The translations under genes and the position numbers were made by a program. From assembly GCA_043745805.1 (NCBI GenBank), contig JAYTSD010000001.1, positions 64,001-128,000 on the forward strand: a stretch of DNA of 64,000 bases, given 5' to 3'. The DNA comes from Fibrobacteria bacterium. GTDB lineage: Bacteria; Fibrobacterota; Fibrobacteria; UBA11236. The notes under the pieces were generated by a model, which was not told the DNA's origin, did not search any database, and saw nothing but the letters and a program-made list of their open reading frames with translations. The first letter of the stretch is position 1. Every line of letters begins with the position of its first letter. This document shows, piece by piece, positions 19,439-29,650 of the stretch.

Positions 19439-20548
19439 ATGAATAATATGCACGCATTAATTGTTGACGATGACAAACAAGCATTAGATACCATGGGAAT
19501 GATTTTAGAGATGGATGATTTTTTTGTCTCCAAAACCGAAAATGGTCAACAAGCTTTGGATTGTTTAACGGGATATGAAAATACGGAAAATACTGTTGAT
19601 TTTTTGGTATTAGACTTAGAGATGGATACGCTTTCGGGAATCGAGTTACTCACAGAATTACGTAAACGTGGTAATATGATTCCGGTTATGGTGGTTACGG
19701 GTTTTGCGTCTAGAAAAAATGTTATCAATTTACTTAGGCAAGGCGTTTTCGATTTTTTGGACAAGCCCATACGGATGGAAGAGTTTCGTTCGCATGTTCA
19801 TCGACTGGCTAATGAAGTGCTAAATCGCCGCAAGGAGATTGCTGTTTTACCTGTCGTCACTCAACACCGTGCAGTTTCCGTTTTTGATTTAGGGAATTTA
19901 GGTTTCCCTTATACATTGCGTCGTCGCATTGATGTAACGTCTGGGAATCACCTGATTTTAGCAAATCGCAAGCGCTCAGGTTATGATATTCTTCTTGTAG
20001 AGGCTTTTGGGGCTGATTCAGAATGTTTTTATATGACCATGCTAATTAAAAACTATTTCGATAAAAATCGAACTTTAGATACAGCGCCACAAAATTTTTT
20101 ACAAGGTTTGAACCAGGTTATATTGGATGGATCCTTGAAATGTCGAGAAGTTAGGGCATTATTAATCCATCTTGGTAACGCCGGCATACTAGAAGTCCTT
20201 CCTGCAGGTTACCCCACACGGATGTTTTTTGGACTTGGAAAAGATCAGCCCAGATTTTTGACTTTTTCTGGATTACCATTGGGCGGACAAGCAACGGTTG
20301 GACAAATAAAATTTGAAATTCCTTATAAGCCAAACGATAAACTATTTGTCTTTGCAGAAAATAAAATCGCTTCGAATGGCGAAAAAAGCCTAGACGATAC
20401 CGAAGAATTTTTGATGGCAGAAAGCGTACTAGGCCAAGGTCATGACTCTTTAGATGAAATGACGGATTCGATGTGGCAAAGAATACATAAAGAAATTAAA
20501 AATGCAAAAGTCAGTGATGGCTTTCTACTAGGTTTAACATTGCCATAA
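19439..20548 (+). CDS. Response regulator with degenerate PP2C/SpoIIE-like output domain (RssB-like architecture)
   Basis: Intact REC (IVDDD, LDLEM, VTG, DKP); C-terminal SpoIIE-like pattern (P.NFLQGLNQ, GLPLG, YKPNDKLFVF) lacking the metal-binding Asp motifs. Confidence 0.7.
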   Translation: MNNMHALIVDDDKQALDTMGMILEMDDFFVSKTENGQQALDCLTGYENTENTVDFLVLDLEMDTLSGIELLTELRKRGNMIPVMVVTGFASRKNVINLLRQGVFDFLDKPIRMEEFRSHVHRLANEVLNRRKEIAVLPVVTQHRAVSVFDLGNLGFPYTLRRRIDVTSGNHLILANRKRSGYDILLVEAFGADSECFYMTMLIKNYFDKNRTLDTAPQNFLQGLNQVILDGSLKCREVRALLIHLGNAGILEVLPAGYPTRMFFGLGKDQPRFLTFSGLPLGGQATVGQIKFEIPYKPNDKLFVFAENKIASNGEKSLDDTEEFLMAESVLGQGHDSLDEMTDSMWQRIHKEIKNAKVSDGFLLGLTLP

Positions 20549-20668
20549 AAACCCTCCTAAAAAAGGTGAAAAGTACAATGTGCTGCTGAATAAACTCAAC
20601 CGCATAAGCCAGACATTTCTTATTTTTCCGTCGCGCTGAAGAATCGGCGGACAAATTAGGAGAGGCTT

Positions 20669-23599
20669 TTGCAAAAATTTATTCCCGGGCAAAGATGGGT
20701 GAGTGAAACTGAGCCCGAATTGGGACTAGGGCTCATATTGGAAGTGGGCTTCCGTGAAGTCAAAATCTTATTTAAAGCCGCCGAAATGGAACGTATTTAT
20801 ATGCATCGTAATGCGCCCTTACGGCGTGTACAATTGCGTTCTGGGGAGCGCGCTAGAGCACGCGATGGACACGTTTTTATTATTCAAAATGTGCAAGAAA
20901 AAAATGGTTTACTCACTTATTTAGGCAATGGTGAAAAATTAATTGAACAGGATTTATTAGACAGTTTAAGTTTTTCCGATCCGGATAAACGCTTGCTCGC
21001 CGCGCAAGTGAGCAAAAATAAAGTATATGAGTTACGTCGCCAAACGCATTTGTTCCGTAGTGAAATGTTGGGATCTTCGGTGCGAGGCCTAACTGGCGGA
21101 CGTGTCGATTTATTAGAACATCAAATTTATATCGCGCATACCGCCTCTTCACGTCACCGCCCGCGTTTGCTTTTAGCGGATGAAGTAGGCTTAGGTAAAA
21201 CTATTGAAGCGGGATTAATTTTCCATCGTCTTTTTGTTACGGGAGTGGTAAGCCGAGTATTAGTGGTTACCCCTTCGCAACTCGTGCATCAATGGTTAGT
21301 GGAATTATATCGTCGCTTTCATCATATGTTCGCCATTTTGGATGAAGATTTATGTCGTGCCGAAGAAAAAGGTGATAAACGGATCAATCCTTTTATGCAA
21401 AGACAATTAATACTTTGTCCCATAGATTTTTTAGCCGCTTCTCCTCGCCGTGTAGAACAAGCCGTAGCAGCAGGCGTGGATTTGTTAATTGTCGATGAAG
21501 CGCATCATTTACAATGGTCGCCAAAGGCTCCCTCGCCGGAATATAAAGCGATAGAAGCCTTGGCGCAGTTGAGTCCTGGCGTTTTATTATTAACAGCTAC
21601 GCCCATACAATTAGGTCAAGAAGGACATTTTGGACGCTTAAGACTTTTGGATCCCGACCGATTTTCGGATTTCGAAAAATATTTAAAAGACGCGGAAGGC
21701 TATGCCGAATTAGCAAAACAAATTCATGCGTTGATGGATCAAAATGGTGCGAATACCGCAGCTGCGGATGCTTTAGAAAAAGCATATCCTCAGGATAGAG
21801 CTGTATTGGAAAAGCTGAAAGCTTATCGCGAAGGGCAAAAAGGATCGCGTGCCGGACTCATTGCGGATCTTATTGATCGGCATGGAACAGGGCGTTTGCT
21901 TTTCCGCAATCGTCGTGCGATTATGACGGGTTTTCCTCAACGTATAGTGGAAGAATCTCCTTTGGATAATGGGCCCGAACATCAAGAGTTTACGCGCTTG
22001 GTTTTAGCGGGATCGGGTATTGGGAATGTAACGGAACTTACACGTTACCTTAATGGACCGGCGGCTTATACCGTAAGCGATTTGCCACGCGACTTTCCGG
22101 AAGGCTCGGAATTTTTGCGTCAGGCTTGGCGCAAGGATCCACGCTTGCCTTGGCTGGTGGGACTATTACAGCATTTAGCGGAAGAAAAAATTCTTTTATT
22201 ATGTTCCCATAAAAATACCGTATTCGCTTTGCAAGAAATTTTGCCAACCTTGATCACTGCTTCCTTTACCAGCTTTCATGAAAACATGACTTTAAGCACG
22301 CGTGATAAGAATGCAGCCTATTTTGCTAATCCGGAAGGCGCTCGTTTATTGATTTGTTCCGAAATCGGTAGTGAAGGACGTAACTTCCAATTCGCGCATC
22401 ATGTGGTACTTTTTGATTTACCGATAAACCCGAGCGTGCTAGAACAGCGTATTGGCCGGTTAGATCGCATTGGTCAGCTTAGGGATATCCATATTCATGT
22501 GCCGTATATTCGTGGCACCGCGCATGAATTGTTGTATCGCTGGTATGCCGAAGGTTTAAATGCTTTTCAAATTCCCCTACTAGGTTCGGATTACTTTTTT
22601 GATGCGCAAGGTAGTGATTTACGTGAAGAATGTCGCTTGGCTATGGAGGCAGAAATTAATGGTGCCTGGAATGCAAGCTTTGCAGAATCGGTGCAACAAT
22701 TTTTACAACATACGCAAACACTTGCTGCTGAAGTACGACAAACTTTAGAAGCGGGTCGCGATCGTTTATTGGAACTTAATTCTTGTAAGCCTGAGGTAGC
22801 GCAGGAATTAATTGCTGAAATTGAAGCGGCGGATGTGGATCCCAAACTCGAAAATTATATGGAAAGCGTTTTTGAACATTATGGTGTGGATGTAGATACC
22901 ACGGTGGTGGAGCGTGGACATTTTGTTTTTCCGGGACCACAAATGTTTATTGACACTTTTCCTTGTTTACCTGAAGATGGTTTACCGATTACTTATGACA
23001 GAGAAGAAGCTTTGATTCATGAAGATTTAGCTTTTATCACTTTAGATCATCCCATGGTGCGAGCTTCTGTAGATTTGATTTTACAAGATATGGCAGGAAC
23101 GGTTGCTTTCGTAGAATGGAAAAATGCGCCGAGTCAAGGCTTTGCTTTGGAAGCCATATTCTTACTCGAAGCTACGGCTCCAGGGCATTTGCATCTCGAT
23201 AGATTCTTGCCGCCTACACCTATTCGCTTATTAGTAAATCAAAAATTGGAAGCCTTAACTCAGTGGTTACCTAAAATGGATCAATTGATTTTGGAGAATG
23301 CGCCAACCTTAATGATAGAAGAGCAGCATAGTCTCTTTGAAGCGGTGATTCCAAAAATGCTTAAAGCCTGTTCCGAAGGCGCTGCTATTCTCATGGCTAA
23401 TTTGAAAAAGGAAAGCTATGCAGAAGCCGAAAAAATGTTGGGTTCGGAACGCGATCGTTTGAAAGACTTACAATCTATTAATGCTAATGTATCCCAAACA
23501 GAAATTGTTACGGCTGAAAAATCCTTGCAAGAAATTTTGCAATATATCCGTGATGCGGAATTAAGATTAGACGCTGTGCGCTTGGTGTTGATGCGCTAA
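20669..23599 (+). CDS. rapA: RNA polymerase-associated SNF2 ATPase RapA (HepA)
   Basis: GQRWVSETEPELGLG, LLADEVGLGKTIEAG, VDEAHHL, SEIGSEGRNFQFAHH, EQRIGRLDRIGQ, LRLDAVRLV. Confidence 0.97.
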   Translation: MQKFIPGQRWVSETEPELGLGLILEVGFREVKILFKAAEMERIYMHRNAPLRRVQLRSGERARARDGHVFIIQNVQEKNGLLTYLGNGEKLIEQDLLDSLSFSDPDKRLLAAQVSKNKVYELRRQTHLFRSEMLGSSVRGLTGGRVDLLEHQIYIAHTASSRHRPRLLLADEVGLGKTIEAGLIFHRLFVTGVVSRVLVVTPSQLVHQWLVELYRRFHHMFAILDEDLCRAEEKGDKRINPFMQRQLILCPIDFLAASPRRVEQAVAAGVDLLIVDEAHHLQWSPKAPSPEYKAIEALAQLSPGVLLLTATPIQLGQEGHFGRLRLLDPDRFSDFEKYLKDAEGYAELAKQIHALMDQNGANTAAADALEKAYPQDRAVLEKLKAYREGQKGSRAGLIADLIDRHGTGRLLFRNRRAIMTGFPQRIVEESPLDNGPEHQEFTRLVLAGSGIGNVTELTRYLNGPAAYTVSDLPRDFPEGSEFLRQAWRKDPRLPWLVGLLQHLAEEKILLLCSHKNTVFALQEILPTLITASFTSFHENMTLSTRDKNAAYFANPEGARLLICSEIGSEGRNFQFAHHVVLFDLPINPSVLEQRIGRLDRIGQLRDIHIHVPYIRGTAHELLYRWYAEGLNAFQIPLLGSDYFFDAQGSDLREECRLAMEAEINGAWNASFAESVQQFLQHTQTLAAEVRQTLEAGRDRLLELNSCKPEVAQELIAEIEAADVDPKLENYMESVFEHYGVDVDTTVVERGHFVFPGPQMFIDTFPCLPEDGLPITYDREEALIHEDLAFITLDHPMVRASVDLILQDMAGTVAFVEWKNAPSQGFALEAIFLLEATAPGHLHLDRFLPPTPIRLLVNQKLEALTQWLPKMDQLILENAPTLMIEEQHSLFEAVIPKMLKACSEGAAILMANLKKESYAEAEKMLGSERDRLKDLQSINANVSQTEIVTAEKSLQEILQYIRDAELRLDAVRLVLMR

Positions 23600-24222
23600 T
23601 CGCCATTTTCGCTGCCACCTTCTCTACAGCCTTCGGGGCTTTCGTCTTCGGCTTTTAGCGTTTCAAATTCCTGAGCGGAAGTTTGTGGGGTAAATAGCAA
23701 AGTGTCACCGGCATGGTTTACAATACGCAAGAGATAATCGCGAAAAGGGGCGTCCGGATAGTTTTTAAGTAAGCTATCGGTTACGGGCCAAATTTGTGCC
23801 GGCGCGGCATTTTCGCCAAGAGGAATTTCCCAGTGCCCATCTTGATGGAATTTTCGCAGTTCTTTTATCGTAACTTCAGTGTTACTATCAAAACGATTAC
23901 TATTTAAAATAGGAAAGGACGATAGGGTATCCATAGATAAGAAGCCGGTGGAGTCGAAGCAGGGAACAAAAATCACATAGCCTTGACCCTCAATATGAGT
24001 TATTTGTTGCCAAGTTTTAGGTAAAGAGGACATTGCCTGCTTTACAGAATCGGGATGAGACCATAATTGACCGAGGGTGAATTTTTCCCGTTCAGCTAGC
24101 TCAGCTTTGAGTTTTTGTTTATGTACATAGGCAAAGCTGAATAAAATCAACCAAAGTAAAATTACCCCGCTGAATAAAAAAATGACGATTTTGCGTCCAG
24201 ATAACCTTTTTTCTTCTGTCAT
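23596..24222 (-). CDS. Hypothetical single-TM membrane-anchored protein
   Basis: 208-aa ORF with an N-terminal hydrophobic segment; stop overlaps rapA stop. Confidence 0.7.
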   Translation of the reverse strand: MTEEKRLSGRKIVIFLFSGVILLWLILFSFAYVHKQKLKAELAEREKFTLGQLWSHPDSVKQAMSSLPKTWQQITHIEGQGYVIFVPCFDSTGFLSMDTLSSFPILNSNRFDSNTEVTIKELRKFHQDGHWEIPLGENAAPAQIWPVTDSLLKNYPDAPFRDYLLRIVNHAGDTLLFTPQTSAQEFETLKAEDESPEGCREGGSENGD

Positions 24223-24388
24223 GCTTAGAACATAAAAAAAACTCTCCGTATTCCACCAAAAAGCTGGTTGGATGTTGATTTTAGGGCATTATTTCCTAAA
24301 TGTTGCACTTTCGTTTAGACAAAAAATCAAAAATAAAACACCATAGCTAAAAATCTCAGTTATCTTTTTAGCCATCAAAAGGAAATCT

Positions 24389-25330
24389 ATGGAAAAAGTT
24401 ATAATTATCGGTTCCGGCCCTGCAGGCCATACAGCAGCCATTTATGCAGGTCGCGCTAGCCTTAACCCGTTAATGTTTGAAGGCTTTATGGCCGCGGGTG
24501 TTGCGGCAGGTGGTCAATTAACAACGACTACCGAAATCGAAAATTTCCCCGGCTTTACCAGCATTGATGGTTCGGAATTAATGAATCGTATGCGTGAACA
24601 AAGCATGCATTGCGGTACACGCATTTTAACAGAAACTATTATTAAGGTCGATTTAAGCAAAAGACCGTTCAAGGTTTATACTGAAGATAAGATGTATGAA
24701 ACGGAATCTTTAATTTTAGCTACAGGGGCTACCGCTAAGCGCATGCGCGTTCCGCGTGAAGAAGAATTTTGGCAAAAAGGTATTTCGGCTTGTGCTGTTT
24801 GTGACGGTGGGCTGCCTATTTTCCGCAATCAACCTCTAGTAGTAATTGGTGGTGGTGACACCGCTGTGGAAGAAGCTACCTATTTAGCCAAATTTGCTTC
24901 CAAAGTTTACTTAGTACATCGTCGCGATTCTTTGCGTGCCAGCAAAGCGATGCAGGATAGAGCTTTGAATCATCCGAAATTGGAATTGGTTTGGGATACG
25001 GTTTTAGAAGATGTAGAGGGTACCGACGCATTGGAAAAAACCTTATTGCGCAATTTAAAAACCGGAAAGCAATATGCCATTGAAGCTAAGGGATTATTCT
25101 ATGCCATTGGGCATACGCCTAATACAGGGTTTTTAGAAGGTCAATTAGCTGCTGATGAAAATGGATATCTCATTACGGAACCGGGTACAACTAAGACCAG
25201 TGTTCCTGGTGTTTTTGCTGCAGGGGATGTGCAGGATAAAAAATACCGTCAGGCAGTAACCTCAGCAGGAACGGGCTGTATGGCCGCATTAGATGCCGAA
25301 CATTTTTTAGTAACGCATTCTGAAAACTAA
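24389..25330 (+). CDS. trxB: Thioredoxin-disulfide reductase
   Basis: IIGSGPAG, GGQLTTTTEIENFPGF, SACAVCDG, GGGDTAVEEA, AAGDVQD..YRQAVTSAGTGC. Confidence 0.97.
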   Translation: MEKVIIIGSGPAGHTAAIYAGRASLNPLMFEGFMAAGVAAGGQLTTTTEIENFPGFTSIDGSELMNRMREQSMHCGTRILTETIIKVDLSKRPFKVYTEDKMYETESLILATGATAKRMRVPREEEFWQKGISACAVCDGGLPIFRNQPLVVIGGGDTAVEEATYLAKFASKVYLVHRRDSLRASKAMQDRALNHPKLELVWDTVLEDVEGTDALEKTLLRNLKTGKQYAIEAKGLFYAIGHTPNTGFLEGQLAADENGYLITEPGTTKTSVPGVFAAGDVQDKKYRQAVTSAGTGCMAALDAEHFLVTHSEN

Positions 25331-25340
25331 TTTTTACACA

Positions 25341-25389
25341 GGGTACAAAAAAACTTTGATGAAATTTCCATCAAAGTTTTTTTGTACCC
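25341..25389. terminator. Perfect 21-bp inverted repeat, probable bidirectional terminator
   Basis: gggtacaaaaaaactttgatg / catcaaagtttttttgtaccc between convergent trxB and the lemA operon. Confidence 0.8.
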
Positions 25390-25435
25390 GCAAATAATCG
25401 GCAAAGTTTAGCGTAACTTTAAAGTTACACTGTTA

Positions 25436-25936
25436 TTACAACATCACCGGTGCATCGGGCAATTCATTTTTATCTTCCTTGCCGGTGCGAGGGAAGTATT
25501 TTATCAATTCTTCGCTCACTCTTTCTATTCCAGCTATTACGCCGGCTTCAAAGTGACCTTGCCGAAATAATTTTTCCATCGCTTTACAGATTTCATCAAA
25601 GCCTTGTGAACCCACTTTCCCATTGACTCCACGGTCGGCGATAATTTCTACTTGTCTGTCCGCCCATAAGAGATAAATGAGCACGCCGGAATTGGCTTCT
25701 GTATCCCAAACTCGCAAATGCGCAAACACCTCCAAAGCTCTTTGGCGTGCCGATACATTATGCCATAGTGCGGGGAGATGTAAGGCTGGTTCAATAGCTA
25801 CACGGATTTCACCATGATGTTGGTTTTCACATTTGCCTACGGCTTCGGTGATATGTTCTAAAGCTTGTTTAGGAAAAGCACGCTTAACGGGAAAGCGGGT
25901 AGTGAATAAATGGGTAAATAGTCGTTTAAAATTCAT
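25436..25936 (-). CDS. TPM-domain protein (small)
   Basis: GEIRVAIE, RALEVFAHLRVWDTEANSGVLIYL..ADRQVEIIADRG, NELPD. Confidence 0.92.
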   Translation of the reverse strand: MNFKRLFTHLFTTRFPVKRAFPKQALEHITEAVGKCENQHHGEIRVAIEPALHLPALWHNVSARQRALEVFAHLRVWDTEANSGVLIYLLWADRQVEIIADRGVNGKVGSQGFDEICKAMEKLFRQGHFEAGVIAGIERVSEELIKYFPRTGKEDKNELPDAPVML

Positions 25937-25948
25937 GTTACTTCCTCG

Positions 25949-26833
25949 TTACCATGATCCTGAAGAGCCACCGCCACCAAAGCTACCGCCGCCACCCGAA
26001 AAACCACCTCCGCTATTGGATGAACCACCAAAGCCACCGCCACCGAATCCACCACCGTAGAATCCGCCTCCCATGCCTCCGCCGCCACCTGAATTTAAAA
26101 ACAATCCGATAATGAAAATAATAACGCCAAAAAAAATGGTGAGGAATAGTGACCCAAGAAAAAACCAACTTAATAAAGCAACTGCTCCACCTGCGGCAAG
26201 GCTTCCAAATACTTTTCCTAATGCGGAACGCAAAATAAAAGCGGCCAGTAAAGCCACTATCAAAAAGGTGTTATTTAGGTGACCAGAGCCTTGCGAATTA
26301 TTTCGGCTATGTTTGGCGGGAGCAGGAAGCATTTCACCACTCATCGTCTTTAAAATAGCATCGACACCGGCTTGTATTCCCCCTTCAAAATCACCGTCTT
26401 TGAAATGCGGAGTAATAATTTCACGAATGATTCTACTACTGGTTATATCTTGTAAAATGCCTTCCAATCCACGACCCACTTCAATGCGCATTTTGCGATC
26501 GTCCTTGGAGACTATGAACAGCACGCCATCATCTACTTTTTTACGGCCCAATTTCCATTGATCGACTACGCGTATCGAATATTGTTCGATTTCTTCGGGC
26601 GATGTAGTGGGAACAATGAGCACAGCCAGCTGACTGCCTTTATTGTCTTCATAAGCACGCAATTGAGTCTCGAGACTTTCTTTAACCGTAACTGATAAGC
26701 TACCGGTTAAATCGACCACTCTACCCGTTAAAGGCGGCACTGCCACCTCGGCTTGGGCTAAACCACTCCATACGAGGAGTAGGCAAAGGCTTAATAAAGT
26801 ATTAAGCCCTTTTGATCCTATTGCCTTGGGCAC
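25949..26833 (-). CDS. TPM-domain (YgcG-like) membrane protein with Gly-rich tail
   Basis: GRVVDLTG, WKLGRKKVDDGVL, RIEVGRGLEG, C-terminal GGGGSFGGGGSSGSW. Confidence 0.92.
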   Translation of the reverse strand: MPKAIGSKGLNTLLSLCLLLVWSGLAQAEVAVPPLTGRVVDLTGSLSVTVKESLETQLRAYEDNKGSQLAVLIVPTTSPEEIEQYSIRVVDQWKLGRKKVDDGVLFIVSKDDRKMRIEVGRGLEGILQDITSSRIIREIITPHFKDGDFEGGIQAGVDAILKTMSGEMLPAPAKHSRNNSQGSGHLNNTFLIVALLAAFILRSALGKVFGSLAAGGAVALLSWFFLGSLFLTIFFGVIIFIIGLFLNSGGGGGMGGGFYGGGFGGGGFGGSSNSGGGFSGGGGSFGGGGSSGSW

Positions 26834-26836
26834 AAT

Positions 26837-27466
26837 TTACTTAGCAGGTGCAGGAGTGGGTGCTGGCGCATTAAAATCAACCTTAGGAGCGGTTGAAATT
26901 TCCTTTTCATTGTCCACCGTAAAATTGGCTTTAGTGGTATAACCAAAAATTTTCGCCGTGAGATTGGAAGGGAAAGAGCGTACTGTAACATTGTACTGTT
27001 GCACGGATTGAATATAACGATTACGTGCTACGGTGATGCGGTTTTCCGTACCTTCGAGTTGGGCTTGTAAATCACGAAAGCCTCCATCAGCTTTAAGTTG
27101 AGGATAATTTTCCGCAACCACCATTAAGCGTGACAAAGAACCTTTCAATTGATTTTGCGCAGCTTGGAATTTCGCAAAGGCTTGTTCATTATTAATGAGC
27201 TCAGGGGTGATTTGTATAGAGCCTACGCGCGAGCGGGCTTCGGCAATTTCCGTCAACACTTTTTCTTCATGAGTGGCATAACCTTTTACCACATTGACTA
27301 AATTGGGAATCAAATCCGAGCGGCGTTGATATTGATTAACAACTTCCGACCAACTGGCTTTAACCTCTTCATCCATGGACTGAAAACTATTATAGCCGCA
27401 GCCGGACAAAGCAAAAATCCATACGCTAAGCAAAGACCAGAATCCGATTTTAATTAATTTGGACAT
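26837..27466 (-). CDS. lemA: LemA family protein
   Basis: YQRRSDLIPNLV, ENYPQLKA, LEGTENRITVARNRY, FPSNLTA. Confidence 0.95.
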   Translation of the reverse strand: MSKLIKIGFWSLLSVWIFALSGCGYNSFQSMDEEVKASWSEVVNQYQRRSDLIPNLVNVVKGYATHEEKVLTEIAEARSRVGSIQITPELINNEQAFAKFQAAQNQLKGSLSRLMVVAENYPQLKADGGFRDLQAQLEGTENRITVARNRYIQSVQQYNVTVRSFPSNLTAKIFGYTTKANFTVDNEKEISTAPKVDFNAPAPTPAPAK

Positions 27467-27587
27467 AAAACTCTCCTTAAATAAAGCTCATTTAAGATAC
27501 TAAAAACTATCTTTATTCTTGGTTTTGGGACTTCGAAAAGTCTTTAAGATTTTGAAGATTGTTTCGTATTAGAACAGAGGAGGGCCT

Positions 27588-28727
27588 ATGTTAGGCAAAA
27601 AATCTAAAATTATTTTTTCTTGCATCTCTATAATCACTTTGATGGCTTGCAACAAAAAAGAAAATACGCAAGAAATTGTAATCGGTGAATATGGATCTTT
27701 AACTGGAGCTACGGCAACTTTTGGGATTAGTACACAACGTGGTGTGGAAATGGCGATTGATTCCATCAACAAAAGTGGTGGCGTGCTCGGTAAAAAAATC
27801 CGTGTAATAGTTGAAGACGATCAAGGAAAGCCCGAAGAAGCGCAAACCGTTGTGACCAAATTAATTAATAAGGATCGTGTGGTTGCAGTATTAGGCGAGG
27901 TGGCATCCTCCAATAGCTTGGCGGCAGCGCCTGTATGTCAAAGTAACCGTATCCCCATGATTACCCCCTCTTCCACAAACCCCAAAGTGACGCAAGTCGG
28001 GGATTTTATTTTTCGCGTCTGCTTTATCGATCCTTTTCAAGGGGCGGTGATGGCAAAATTTGCCCGTAACACTTTAAAAGTAGATCATATCGCTATTTTG
28101 CGCGACATCAAAAGCGATTATTCCGTAGGGCTCTCAAATTATTTCAAAGAAAATTTTCAAAAGCTCGGGGGTACTATTGATGCCGATGAAAGTTATAGTC
28201 AAGGTGATAAAGATTTTGGCGCACAACTCACCTCACTCAAAGGCAAAAACCCGCAAGCCATTTTTGTTCCTGGTTACTATACCGAAGTAGGATTAATCGC
28301 GCGCCAAGCTCGTACCTTAGGTATTACTGCCCCTTTACTCGGTGGCGATGGATGGGATTCTTCTAAGTTATTCGAAATTGGTGGCGAAGCTTTGAATGGA
28401 TGTTTTTATTCCAATCATTATTCCATGGACAATCCCAGTCCAGCGGTGCAGAGTTTTGTAAAACAATATCAAATCCGTTATAAAAATGAAGTGCCCGATG
28501 CCTTATGTGCTTTGGGTTACGATGCGGCCATGCTTTTAGCCGATGCCATGAAACGCGCTGGTAGCACGGATGCTAACCTCGTAAAAACTGCTTTAACGCA
28601 AACCCAAAGTTTTCAAGGTTTAACCGGATCAATTAATTTAGATGCTAATCGTGATGCCGTGAAATCTGCCGTGGTGGTAGAAATTCAAAATGGCAAAAAT
28701 CAATTTAAGGAATCGGTAAACCCTTAA
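27588..28727 (+). CDS. livK: Branched-chain amino acid ABC transporter substrate-binding lipoprotein
   Basis: Lipobox LMAC, GGVLGKKI, FRVCFIDPFQG, LLGGDGWDS; first gene of the liv operon. Confidence 0.9.
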   Translation: MLGKKSKIIFSCISIITLMACNKKENTQEIVIGEYGSLTGATATFGISTQRGVEMAIDSINKSGGVLGKKIRVIVEDDQGKPEEAQTVVTKLINKDRVVAVLGEVASSNSLAAAPVCQSNRIPMITPSSTNPKVTQVGDFIFRVCFIDPFQGAVMAKFARNTLKVDHIAILRDIKSDYSVGLSNYFKENFQKLGGTIDADESYSQGDKDFGAQLTSLKGKNPQAIFVPGYYTEVGLIARQARTLGITAPLLGGDGWDSSKLFEIGGEALNGCFYSNHYSMDNPSPAVQSFVKQYQIRYKNEVPDALCALGYDAAMLLADAMKRAGSTDANLVKTALTQTQSFQGLTGSINLDANRDAVKSAVVVEIQNGKNQFKESVNP

Positions 28728-28750
28728 ATTAAATAGCTTCAAGGGCCATC

Positions 28751-29650
28751 ATGCACAGTTTTGTTCAGCAACTTATTAACGGCATTTCCTTGGGTAGTAT
28801 CTATGCCTTGGTGGCTTTAGGTTACACCATGGTTTATGGTGTTTTGCGCCTCATTAATTTTGCCCATGGCGATGTGTATATGTTAGGGGCTTATTTTGGA
28901 TATTTTACGGCACGCCTCACGCGTCCCTTTGGCCTAGAGCCATGGTTGGATATTTTGGTAGTGATGTTAGCGGCCATGCTCGCTTGTGCTTTGATTGGTT
29001 TACTCATTGAACGCTTCGCTTATCGACCTGTGCGCAAGGCTTCGCGCTTAACTTCCTTAATTGTAGCGATTGGGCTTTCTTTGTTGATTGAAAATTTAGG
29101 ACAAATAATTTTTGGTGCGGATCCTAAATTTTTCCCCCAAGTTATTCCCGAAAAAGCCTGGCATTGGAAAGGTATTGTCTTTACCAATCAACAAATGGTG
29201 ATTATGCATGTAGCATTAATATTAATGATATTATTAAATATTTTTATTTTTAAAACACGCACGGGCAAAGCCATGCGCGCCGTCTCTTTCAATTTAGATG
29301 CCGCCAAATTAATGGGTATTGATACCGATAAAATTATTTCCTTAACCTTTGCCTTAGGATCCGCCTTAGCGGCAGCGGCAGGAATTTTGGTGTCTTTGAA
29401 TCAACCGGGTATTGATCCCCTAATGGGTGTGATGACTGGCCTCAAAGCTTTTGTTGCTGCAGTGCTGGGCGGCATTGGAAATATTTATGGAGCCGTATTG
29501 GGTGGGCTTTTATTAGGACTTGCCGAAGTAATGGTATCGGGCTATGGATCCTCTACTTACCGCGATGCCATTGCTTTTTTAATATTGATCGCAATTTTGC
29601 TTTTTAAGCCATCGGGTTTATTAGGCAAAGGACAAGTTGAAAAAGTTTGA
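28751..29650 (+). CDS. livH: Branched-chain amino acid ABC transporter permease LivH
   Basis: GSIYALVALGYTMVYGVLRLINFAHGD, KAFVAAVLGGIG. Confidence 0.95.
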   Translation: MHSFVQQLINGISLGSIYALVALGYTMVYGVLRLINFAHGDVYMLGAYFGYFTARLTRPFGLEPWLDILVVMLAAMLACALIGLLIERFAYRPVRKASRLTSLIVAIGLSLLIENLGQIIFGADPKFFPQVIPEKAWHWKGIVFTNQQMVIMHVALILMILLNIFIFKTRTGKAMRAVSFNLDAAKLMGIDTDKIISLTFALGSALAAAAGILVSLNQPGIDPLMGVMTGLKAFVAAVLGGIGNIYGAVLGGLLLGLAEVMVSGYGSSTYRDAIAFLILIAILLFKPSGLLGKGQVEKV

